In this document: positions 29,813 to 37,505 of the stretch, one piece after another
Layout of the letters: each line of letters opens with the position of its first letter
Numbering within the stretch: position 1 is the stretch's first letter
Source of the DNA: an uncultured delta proteobacterium
Lineage (GTDB): Bacteria > Myxococcota > Myxococcia > Myxococcales > Anaeromyxobacteraceae
Direction of reading: 5' to 3'
Length of the DNA stretch: 64,000 nucleotides
NCBI GenBank assembly: GCA_963828255.1
Contig: CAWHDZ010000003.1
Span: 96,001 to 160,000, forward strand
Notes under the pieces: model-generated
What the model saw: only the letters and a program-made list of their open reading frames with translations
The model's database searches: none
What the model was told of the DNA's origin: nothing
Position numbers and translations under genes: made by a program

Positions 29813-29818
29813 TGTACA

Positions 29819-29856
29819 GCGCCGTGATTCCTCAGGAATCACGGCGCATCTTTTTT
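29819..29856 (+). terminator. Intrinsic terminator after att
   Basis: GCGCCGTGATTCCT-C-AGGAATCACGGCGC perfect 14-bp inverted repeat, then ATCTTTTTT. Confidence 0.8.
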
Positions 29857-29871
29857 GGCGGACACCCTGTC

Positions 29872-29893
29872 CCGCACCACGAATGCACCAAAC
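29872..29893 (+). repeat. Putative integrase arm-type repeat, copy B
   Basis: CCGCACCACGAATGCACCAAAC. Confidence 0.75.
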
Positions 29894-29986
29894 CAGCGCG
29901 GGATCGCCCGCCGTCGCCGCGCCAAGCCCGCGCGAAAACCCGCTTGAACATTGAGTTTCGCGGGCTGCTTCCGGCCGCGGTACCCC

Positions 29987-30015
29987 CGACCACTTGTGCC
30001 AAAGCCAAGGGGTCG
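29987..30015. repeat. Palindromic recombinase core-like site, copy B
   Basis: CGACCACTTGT-gccaaag-CCAAGGGGTCG. Confidence 0.65.
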
Positions 30016-30252
30016 CGGATCCTCGAAACTGAAGTGACTTCAAGGCGCTGGTCCCTGTTCGGGGAGGCGTAGGTGTTGGGGCTGCGGGCCCCAAATCGTG
30101 ATCGCCGAGTCGATCCGGCCGCACGTCACCTCCGCCCCACCTGCCGCAAGTTCTTCCCTCCGGCGGCACGCTGGCAGATGACTGGAATCCATCTGGCGCG
30201 GTGATGGAGGCGGGTGCCCTCGTCCTTGCCTCCGGTGCGGTCGACGCGTTCT

Positions 30253-31143
30253 TCAGGATCGCGAGAGGAGCACCACCGCCGCAACGGCGAGGGCGACGGC
30301 CAGGAGTTTCCTGCGTGTGGGCTTCTCCATTCCAGACCCCAGCGAGATCAGGAGCGCCACGACGAAGCTCATGTTCGCGATGGGGATCACCACGCTGGCC
30401 TCCCCTCGATCCACCGCGAGCATCAGGCTGCTCACGATCAAGAACACGAACGCTCCCGAGACCACCGAGTAGAGCACCTTCTCTCGCGTCACACGGAGGC
30501 GCCGCTCCTTGGCGAGGGCGTAGGCGCCGCCCCCGAAGATCCAGCTTGCCGAGACGCACAGGAGGAGCGGTGCAGGCGCGACGTGCAGCAGCATCGCCTT
30601 GCGCGTCACCACTCCGTAGGCGGCTCGCAGCAGGGCTGCGGCGACCACGGCGCCGAGAAGGAGACCGCTGCGCTGCCCACGTGCACCCCCGCCGGACGGG
30701 CGGGTCAGCAGCAGGACCGCCAGGACGCCGACGGCAATTCCCGTACCCTTCAGCGCCGTGATCCGCTCGCCGAGGAACAGGTAGGCGAACACCACCACGG
30801 CGAGCGTGTTGAGTCGGTATACGGTCGAGCCGAGGCTCAGATCGACGTGCCCGAAGCTCTCGAGCAGGAGAATGTTCGAGAGGACGAGAAGCCCCCCGGC
30901 GACGATCCCGAAAGCCAGCACCGTTGAATCGAGAGCGATCGTGCTTCCGCGCCACCAAAGCACCAGGAGTTGGAGCGTGGTCCAGACGATTCCCACGCCG
31001 AGCATGAGCATCCCGCGCGAGCGATCCCGGATGGCGTAGCGCTTGAACGCCACATCGTTGAGGCCAGCGAAGACAAGGCTCAGCAGCGCGAAGCCGACGC
31101 CGGGTCCGGCCAGTTGCGACAAGATTTGAAGGTCGTCGGCCAT
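30253..31143 (-). CDS. EamA/DMT family transporter
   Basis: Two 5-TM repeats, FLGERIT. Confidence 0.85.
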   Translation of the reverse strand: MADDLQILSQLAGPGVGFALLSLVFAGLNDVAFKRYAIRDRSRGMLMLGVGIVWTTLQLLVLWWRGSTIALDSTVLAFGIVAGGLLVLSNILLLESFGHVDLSLGSTVYRLNTLAVVVFAYLFLGERITALKGTGIAVGVLAVLLLTRPSGGGARGQRSGLLLGAVVAAALLRAAYGVVTRKAMLLHVAPAPLLLCVSASWIFGGGAYALAKERRLRVTREKVLYSVVSGAFVFLIVSSLMLAVDRGEASVVIPIANMSFVVALLISLGSGMEKPTRRKLLAVALAVAAVVLLSRS

Positions 31144-31286
31144 CGCGGTGGGCGCGGATCATACGATCGACCCGAAGCCCGCGAGAAGGCGGGAGTCGCT
31201 CGAGGTGATGGTTGAGATCTTCAGCCCGGAGTTCCTGCCGGGCAAGAGCCCCTAGCCCCGGCCAATCCTCGGGTGAACCGACGTGG

Positions 31287-32084
31287 CTAATGCGCTTCCT
31301 TTCGGAGTTGCCGGGAACGGAGGTCGTCCTTGGTCCACTCGAATGGAAGCGCCTCCAGCGTTCCAGCCCGCCCGTTTCGCTCGGATCCGGCGAGCATATC
31401 GCCGAGGACGGCGGGGTGGGTGGCGTCGTCCTGGACGTCACCCATGGTGAGGCCGAAGGGATGCTCGATGAGGAGCGCCCGGGAGGGCTTGATACGCCGG
31501 GTGATGCTGGAGGAGAGGGTGAGGGACATCGTGCTCAATCCTTCCTCGTCGAGGATGCGCTGGACCGGTCCGACCGACTGGTTGCAGACAGGTCAAGCGC
31601 GGACGAGAAGCGCGAGGTCGACGTGGTTAGCCCGAAGGCGCCCGGCCACCTCCCTGGCGTTTTCCCGCAGCACGGTGGTCTCCGTGGCGTAGCCCACGAA
31701 GCGGTAGTTGTGGGGTGCGACGCCTCCTACCCGTCCCAGCGTCTCCAGGGAGCGAAGCGACCTGAGCGGGAAGACGACATCGATGTCCTCCATGGCGCGG
31801 CGCGTGTCCTAGCCCACGTGCGAGAGGGCGATCCGGGCCAGGTCGATGTCGCCAGGGAATTCCCGGTAGCTCGGGTCGCCCTCCTTCCGGCGCCGGAAGG
31901 GCTGCTGCTCGCCCGCGATGTACGCGCCAGCGGTGACGATGAGGGCCACGGTGGCCTTCGCGATCGTCGCCGGGAGCGGATTGACGTGGGACGGATCGTC
32001 GAACGATTCGAAGTCGAAGTCGGGAATGATCCGGGACCGGATGTAGTCCCGCTCGATGTCGGCGAAGGGCTTCACGAGTGGCAC
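31287..32084 (-). pseudogene. GrdB/PrdB-like reductase selenoprotein (UxxC), additionally interrupted by TAG
   Basis: One frame: VAL..TAG..., GDPSYRE.P, SHVG*DTRRAMEDIDVVFPL, LLVRA-TGA-PVCNQSVG, P.RAL....PFG...G; TAG at 31809-31811, TGA at 31593-31595. Confidence 0.8.
31564..31582 (-). promoter_or_regulatory. SECIS-like hairpin of the GrdB-like gene
   Basis: ACCAGTC-GGTCG-GACCGGT beginning 11 nt after UGA, one mismatch. Confidence 0.6.
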
Positions 32085-32304
32085 ATCCGACTCGACACTC
32101 GACGAAAGCCCTGCATCTCTAGGCGATTGGGCTCGTACTAGCAAACCAAGCCCGCCGCGCGGAATCGCGACCCTTGGCGCTTGGCCAGAGGGGTCAAGGT
32201 GCAATGCGTTGCTGCAGCGGTCGCGGAGTGAGAAGGGAACGCGCGGTGCGACTCCCAGGCCAGATCTGGAATACAGGCAAGCACTGGCTCCTCGAGGCGC
32301 TCGG

Positions 32305-32333
32305 TTGACCCGTAGCCCTGTTGTAGCTACATT
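32305..32333 (+). promoter_or_regulatory. Sigma70-type promoter with operator palindrome
   Basis: TTGACC-17 nt-TACATT; TGTAGCTACA perfect palindrome 32322-32331; ATG at 32340. Confidence 0.7.
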
Positions 32334-32339
32334 GGAACC

Positions 32340-32588
32340 ATGCGCAAGGACGCCGTCTACCGGATGCGGGTTCCCAAGAGGACGCTGGCCGCCATCAAGC
32401 GGGTGGCCGCCGCCAGGGGCGAGGACGCTTCCGAGTGGGGGCGCAGCATCATCGAGATCGAGGTGCGCCGCGACCTCGCCGCCATACAACTCCGCGAACA
32501 GCTCCAGGCGGCGAAGCCGGGCAGCCTGACCGAGGACGAGGCCATGAGCCTCGTCAACCAGGCGAAGCGGGCCACGAGGGCAGGGTGA
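32340..32588 (+). CDS. Putative antitoxin (RHH-like N-terminus)
   Basis: 82 aa, GTGA overlap with the PIN gene, LTEDEAMSLV..A. Confidence 0.7.
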   Translation: MRKDAVYRMRVPKRTLAAIKRVAAARGEDASEWGRSIIEIEVRRDLAAIQLREQLQAAKPGSLTEDEAMSLVNQAKRATRAG

Positions 32589-33013
32589 TCCGAGCGGTCC
32601 TCGACTGCAACGTGGTGATCACCGCAGCGCTCTCTGCCGGGAAATGCTCCCAGTTGCTATCCCGAGCCCGGCAGCGCGACGGGTTCGAGCTGGTCTGGTC
32701 ACCGCCCATTGTTGCCGAGTGTCTCCGGGTCATCGAGTACCCCAAGTTCACCGGGAAGTTCCGGACCGATCCTCGGGTCCTCGTCGAGCGGGCCATGGCG
32801 AGCGCCCACATGGTGGCGACGGACCTACTCCCGGCGATCGACGTCGTGAAAGCCGACCCGTCCGACAACGTCTACCTTGCGACGGCCCTGGCCGGCGGCG
32901 CCCGCTGGGTGGTCACCGGGAACACCAGGCACCTGGCCAGGCAGGACGGCTATGCGGGGCTCCGGGTCGTCGAGCCGGCCGCCTTCCTAGCGCAGTTGGA
33001 CGCGCAGGGCTGA
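32585..33013 (+). CDS. PIN-family putative toxin (PIN_3-like)
   Basis: RAVLDCNVVITA...DPSDNVYLATALAGGA..VVTGN.RHL. Confidence 0.88.
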   Translation: MIRAVLDCNVVITAALSAGKCSQLLSRARQRDGFELVWSPPIVAECLRVIEYPKFTGKFRTDPRVLVERAMASAHMVATDLLPAIDVVKADPSDNVYLATALAGGARWVVTGNTRHLARQDGYAGLRVVEPAAFLAQLDAQG

Positions 33014-33064
33014 GGTCCTGGCTCGAACCGACGCGCCATCGGATCCGTGGACTCGTCACGGAGT

Positions 33065-33135
33065 GAGCGCGCCTGCCGGGATCCGGATGGAGTTCGAGAT
33101 CCTCAAGACGGGAACGGCCCCGGCCTGGACCAAGT
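33065..33135 (-). pseudogene. Second excisionase-like HTH remnant (C-terminal part only)
   Basis: LVQAGAVPVLRISNSIRIPAGAL; 33075-33132 matches 29487-29544 at about 50/58 nt by manual alignment. Confidence 0.8.
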
Positions 33136-33173
33136 AACGTCCAGTTGAGTGGTGTACGGAGCTGGCCCCGAAG

Positions 33174-33734
33174 TTGAGAAGGGCGCCCACCGCGCCGGGA
33201 CGGCCGGCGGCGGTGTCGGTCTCGTCGTCCCAGCTCTTCGTGGGCTGGGACCCATCCACGGACGACGTGGGCGTCGTCGGGTACGAGGTGCTTCGCGACG
33301 GCGTGCCGGTCGCCAAGGTGGCGACGACGCGGATGCGCGACCTCGGGCTCCCCGCCACCCGCGAGTTCTGCTACACGGTGCGCGCCATCGACGCCGCCGG
33401 CAATCGCTCCGAGGCCGGCGGGCTGGCCTGCGCCGTCACCGCCGACCCCTCCCAGCTCGCCTCGCCGTCCGATCTCCGGGTGGTGCGGGTGTCCGCCACG
33501 GAGGTCCTCCTCCAGTGGGAACCCTCGGAGGTGGAAGGGGTGACGTACGTCATCTACGCCGACGGGACGAAGCGCATCGGGCTCACCCGCTGGAACACCT
33601 ACAACGCCTCCGGGCGGCTCGGCGCGCAGGCGAACTGCTACCGGGTGGCCGCGCAGGACGACAAGGGGCGCGAGTCGTCGAAGTCGAACGAGGTCTGCGC
33701 CCGGCTCTCCCCTGGCCAGGTCACGCATCGCTGA
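33174..33734 (+). pseudogene. Tandem fibronectin type III domains, probably 5'-truncated
   Basis: APTAP...W..STDDVGVVGYEV.RDG...YTVRAIDAAGNRS; no signal peptide or RBS. Confidence 0.7.
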
Positions 33735-33771
33735 GCTGGACCGGGAGGTAGCGAAATGCTACCCTTGGGCC

Positions 33772-34146
33772 ATGGGCCAACCCGTCAAGCTCTCCGATGC
33801 CCTCGTCCTCGACGCCCGCGTCGTCGCCAAGGCGGCCGAACGATCCATCGCCGGCCAGATCGAGTTCTGGGCGCGCGTCGGAAAGGCCGTGGAGGGAGTC
33901 CTCCGGGGCGATCAAGTGATGCGGCTCAAGCAGCGCGGCGAGGCCGCTCCGCTCTCCGAGGCGCTGCGGTCGGTCGACTCGAAGGCGGGGCGCGAGAGGG
34001 TGAAGGCGCAGCAGGCTGCACGCCCCTTCCCGCACTTCGAGCAGGCGCCCGGCAAGTCCGGCTTCCTCGTGAAGATAGACGCCGACGGGAAGCGCACCGT
34101 CGGCCGGTTCGTGAACCGCGAGTTCCGACCCGCCAGCCGCAAGTGA
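33772..34146 (+). CDS. ParD-like antitoxin with C-terminal extension
   Basis: PVKLSD.LV.DAR.......RSIAGQIEFWARVG; upstream palindrome GGTAGC-GAAAT-GCTACC. Confidence 0.8.
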   Translation: MGQPVKLSDALVLDARVVAKAAERSIAGQIEFWARVGKAVEGVLRGDQVMRLKQRGEAAPLSEALRSVDSKAGRERVKAQQAARPFPHFEQAPGKSGFLVKIDADGKRTVGRFVNREFRPASRK

Positions 34147-34718
34147 CCTCGCCCTTCGACGCGCGCCCCATCGTCGTCGCCATCGCCGGGCCGAACGGCG
34201 CGGGCAAGACCACCTTCCACGAGGCGCACCTCCAGCCGGCCGGTCTGCGGTTCGTCAACGCCGACGACCTGGCCCGGGAACTGGATGTGGGCGCCTACGA
34301 GGCGGCCGAGGTCGCGAGCAGCCTGCGAGAGACGCTGCTGGAGCAGGGCGAGAGCTTCGTCTTCGAGACGGTCTTCTCCGACCCCGTGGGCGAGAAGGTG
34401 GCCTTCCTCGGGCGGGCTGGGGCGAAGGGCTACACCGTGGTCCTGTGCTTCATCGGCATCGATGGCCCGGAGGTGAGCGAGGAGCGCGTGGCGATGCGCG
34501 TCATCCAGGGCGGACACGACGTGCCCTCGAGGAAGCTCGAGGAGCGCTTCCCCCGGACGCTCAAGAACCTGGCGAGGGCGGTCCGCGACCTGCCGCACGT
34601 GCTGGTGTTCGACAACAATGACCTGGCGCGGCCGTTCCGCATGGTCGCCGGCTTCGAGAGGGGAGCCATGGTCGAGAAGCATCCGCCCATGCCCCGGTGG
34701 GTCCCGCGCGGACGGTGA
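34143..34718 (+). CDS. Zeta-toxin-like P-loop ATPase
   Basis: IAGPNGAGKTTF, FVNAD, SFVFETVFS, RV..RV.QGGHDVP, FDN. Confidence 0.88.
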   Translation: MTSPFDARPIVVAIAGPNGAGKTTFHEAHLQPAGLRFVNADDLARELDVGAYEAAEVASSLRETLLEQGESFVFETVFSDPVGEKVAFLGRAGAKGYTVVLCFIGIDGPEVSEERVAMRVIQGGHDVPSRKLEERFPRTLKNLARAVRDLPHVLVFDNNDLARPFRMVAGFERGAMVEKHPPMPRWVPRGR

Positions 34719-34787
34719 ACCCGTCGGTCGAGGAGCCGGGCCGCCTTGAGGCCGGCGTCGAAGCCGGGTGGCGGCAGCGGCGCTCCT

Positions 34788-35072
34788 CTACCCGCCGTGT
34801 CCCGATGCCCTCCCGAGCGCCACGACCTGGAACTCGAGCCGCCGCCGTCGATCGGTGTCGACGGGGAGCAACCCGATTCGCTCGAGTAGCTTTTCGTCCG
34901 CCAGATTGGGATGGCGGAGCGGATAGATATCCGCCTCCATCGTCTGTGCCAGGTCGGCGGGTGGGCTGGGCACGGAGCCGAGGAGCGCGGCGGCGCCGAT
35001 GACGACGATCTCCGAGTCGCCCGAGATGGCGGCTGCGGCCCGGATGACGTGCTCGAGATCCTCACGCCGCAT
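34788..35072 (-). pseudogene. DUF6036-like nucleotidyltransferase toxin, apparently internally deleted
   Basis: MRR.DLEH.IRAAA.I.....IVVIG...LLG...EAD, then jumps to a C-terminal-like LLERI..LP; only 94 aa. Confidence 0.55.
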
Positions 35073-35388
35073 GGGTGGCGGTCCAGGCCTTCAGGAAGGC
35101 GAACCGCTCCGTCGGCGAGAGGATGCCGGCGAAGGGCGAGCACTGCCGAAGCGCCGCGGCACGCTCCGACTCCTCGACGGCGGCGGCGAGCACCTGCTCG
35201 AGCCCCTGCGCCATGAGCCGCTCCCACTCCGCGAGGTACGGCTCGGCGCGGCTCGGGTTGCCTGGGTCGCGCCACCGCTGGAGCGTCAGGCGCACCCGAT
35301 CGAGGAGCGCCGGCTCCCGGCGAACCTTGGCGGCGATCAGCCGGTGCAATTCCAGGCTGCGCGCGTCGATCTCCTGATGGCTCCTCAT
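35062..35388 (-). CDS. Putative antitoxin partner of the DUF6036-like gene
   Basis: RSL.LHR.IA....Y..EW..L....E.A..LRQ.SPFAG.L...ER. Confidence 0.7.
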   Translation of the reverse strand: MRSHQEIDARSLELHRLIAAKVRREPALLDRVRLTLQRWRDPGNPSRAEPYLAEWERLMAQGLEQVLAAAVEESERAAALRQCSPFAGILSPTERFAFLKAWTATHAA

Positions 35389-35462
35389 GGCGGTGCCTTG
35401 ATGCTCATGAGTCCAATCCTAGCGGAGGTTGCCGGGCGCCGCGATAGACTGCCGCTGACCCC

Positions 35463-36479
35463 ATGCCGCGCCTCGACGCCAACCACCCGGTTGCCGCCGT
35501 CCTCAGCGGCCTGCTCGACCGCCTCCGCGTCCGGCGCGAGATCCCCCCGCTCTCCCCCGACGATCGGCTGGACGGCAAGCTCGCGCTCGTCACCGGGGGC
35601 GCCTCGGGTCTGGGCTTCGCCACCTCGGTGGACCTGGCCCGCCGGGGCGCCCGGGTGCTGCTCGCCGATCGCCGCGAACCGGAGCGCGCCCGGGACCGGG
35701 CCGTCGCCCTGGGCGTTCCCCCGGACCGGATCGTGCCGGTGCAGGTGGACCTCTCCGACCTCGACGCCGTCGATCGGCTGGCCGGGGACCTGGCCCGGCA
35801 GGGAACGCGCCTCGATCGGCTCGTCCTCAACGCCGCCATCGTTCCCACCGCCGCGCGCACCACGCCCCAGGGGCTCGACGAGATGTTCGTGGTGAACTAC
35901 CTGTCCTCCTTCGCGCTGGTGACGCTGCTGCTGGAGAACGGCGTCCTGCCTCGCGACCGGCGCCCCGGCGACGTGCCGCGGGTCGTCGTCGTCTCCTCGG
36001 AGGCGCACCGCTGGAGCCAGGGCCTCCCGCCCGGCCGGCTCGACGCCCCGCGCGATGGCTCACCCCGGCGGGTGCTCGCCTGGTACGGAACCTACAAGCT
36101 CATGCTCACCACCTTCGCCTGGGAACTCGCCCGGCGGATGCAGGCCGACGGTGGCCCCCGGGTGGCGGTCCTGGCGCTCTGTCCAGGAGCGATGCGCACC
36201 GGGATCGCGCGCGAGCTTCCCGCGCCGCTCCGCGTCCCGCTCGACGGACTGATGCGCCTCCTCTTCCAGGACCCGTTCGTCGCCGACGAACCGGTGCTCC
36301 ACCTCGCCTGCAGCCGGGCGCTCGAGGGGCGGACCGCGGTCTACCTGCACCGGATGGCGGTGAAGCAGGTGGACCCCCGCGCAGCGGACGAGGGCGCGGG
36401 GCGCGAACTCTGGGCGAGGAGCGAGGAGGTGCTGGCAGCCCCTACGACCGCTGCCGCGTCCCGCTCGCACTGCTCGTGA
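35463..36479 (+). CDS. SDR family oxidoreductase (retinol dehydrogenase-like)
   Basis: TGGASGLG, LNAA, VNYL, VSSEAH, YGTYK. Confidence 0.88.
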   Translation: MPRLDANHPVAAVLSGLLDRLRVRREIPPLSPDDRLDGKLALVTGGASGLGFATSVDLARRGARVLLADRREPERARDRAVALGVPPDRIVPVQVDLSDLDAVDRLAGDLARQGTRLDRLVLNAAIVPTAARTTPQGLDEMFVVNYLSSFALVTLLLENGVLPRDRRPGDVPRVVVVSSEAHRWSQGLPPGRLDAPRDGSPRRVLAWYGTYKLMLTTFAWELARRMQADGGPRVAVLALCPGAMRTGIARELPAPLRVPLDGLMRLLFQDPFVADEPVLHLACSRALEGRTAVYLHRMAVKQVDPRAADEGAGRELWARSEEVLAAPTTAAASRSHCS

Positions 36480-36924
36480 CGGTCCCCCGGATCGGCGCGG
36501 CGGGGGTCCACCCCTCCGGGACGACGATCTCGGTTCCCAGCACCGAGAAGGCCGTCCGGGAGAAGCGGGTCGCGATCCTGCCGCTCACGTCGAACTGCAG
36601 ATCCAGGGTGAGCCGGCCGTCCCGCACCGTGCCGCGCCCCGCGCGGAGCCTGGCATCGACGTGCCCGCGGGCGTCCGGGTGGCGAACGTCCACCGGGCAG
36701 GCGGCCGGCGTGGAGAACTCCAGGGCGCCGCTTCCGGAGCGGGTGGCGTCGAGGACGCAGGCGTACCCGCGCGACTCGATGCGCACCGAGACGTGCCCCT
36801 TCGTCCGGGCCGGTTCCAGCGTGACCCGCATCTCGCCGGGGTGATCCCCTGCCGGGAACGGCGCGACCTGGACGCGCGTGTTGCCGGAGAGGAGGAACAC
36901 GGCGGCCAGGGCGACGGGGTTCAC
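36442..36924 (-). CDS. Hypothetical protein
   Basis: GTG start with hydrophobic N-terminus; beta-rich, two Cys. Confidence 0.55.
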   Translation of the reverse strand: MNPVALAAVFLLSGNTRVQVAPFPAGDHPGEMRVTLEPARTKGHVSVRIESRGYACVLDATRSGSGALEFSTPAACPVDVRHPDARGHVDARLRAGRGTVRDGRLTLDLQFDVSGRIATRFSRTAFSVLGTEIVVPEGWTPAAPIRGTVTSSASGTRQRS

Positions 36925-37054
36925 CCGGCCATTGTGCGCGTGCGCCCCGGCGGGGTCACGATTCCGGACGACGGTTGTCCGCTCCCCCCGCCCACCCGTC
37001 GCCGTTTCCCGACAACCCTCACTCGTAAACCCTTGAAATTCCCTGCCGTGCGGC

Positions 37055-37071
37055 TTGGCAGGCCAGATGCA
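37055..37071 (+). promoter_or_regulatory. Sigma54 promoter candidate
   Basis: TTGGCAGGCCAGATGCA with GG and GC 12 nt apart; AT-rich stretch upstream. Confidence 0.6.
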
Positions 37072-37118
37072 GAACCTCCTCCCGTCTATCAACCTCGACG
37101 CAACCCAAGGAGAACACC

Positions 37119-37421
37119 ATGAACCGCAAGACCCCCAGCATCATCGGCGCCGCAGTCGGTCTGGCTCTCTTCCTCGCCATCGCGCTTCTCCCCGCCCTCC
37201 TCTACGGCGGCTACGCGGGCGTGATGCTGGCCGGCGGGATCTTCGGGACGCCCGTTCAGCCCACCTTCCTCGTCCGCGCCCTGATCGTCTTCGGGATGGT
37301 GATGGGCGTCACGGGAGTCGGCGCGCTGTTCGCGGTCGGCGGAGCGGTCGCCGGCGCCGCGGTGGGCGTCCTCGCCGAGACCCCTGCCAAGAAGGCTGCT
37401 GCCCAGGCCAACAAGGCGTAA
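37119..37421 (+). CDS. Small Gly/Ala-rich membrane protein
   Basis: RBS AAGGAG; LLPALLYGGYAG; strong codon bias. Confidence 0.8.
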   Translation: MNRKTPSIIGAAVGLALFLAIALLPALLYGGYAGVMLAGGIFGTPVQPTFLVRALIVFGMVMGVTGVGALFAVGGAVAGAAVGVLAETPAKKAAAQANKA

Positions 37422-37454
37422 GCGAGAAGCCCCCCCCGGGCCAGGGGCCCGACG

Positions 37455-37493
37455 ACACGAGAGGCTGGTCCGCGAGGGCCGGCCTCTTCGTGT
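37455..37493 (+). terminator. Stem-loop downstream of the small membrane protein gene
   Basis: ACACGAGAGGCTGGTCC-GCGA-GGGCCGGCCTCTTCGTGT. Confidence 0.55.
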
Positions 37494-37505
37494 ATTCTCG
37501 CCTCC

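Noticed and set aside
29372..31441. 689-aa ORF as an integrase
   Set aside because: No tyrosine-recombinase motifs; most of it is an alternative frame over the EamA gene. Only the HTH end is credible.
31809..31811. Pyrrolysine recoding of the TAG
   Set aside because: Not a methylamine methyltransferase, no pyl genes seen, and the position is probably Tyr in homologs.
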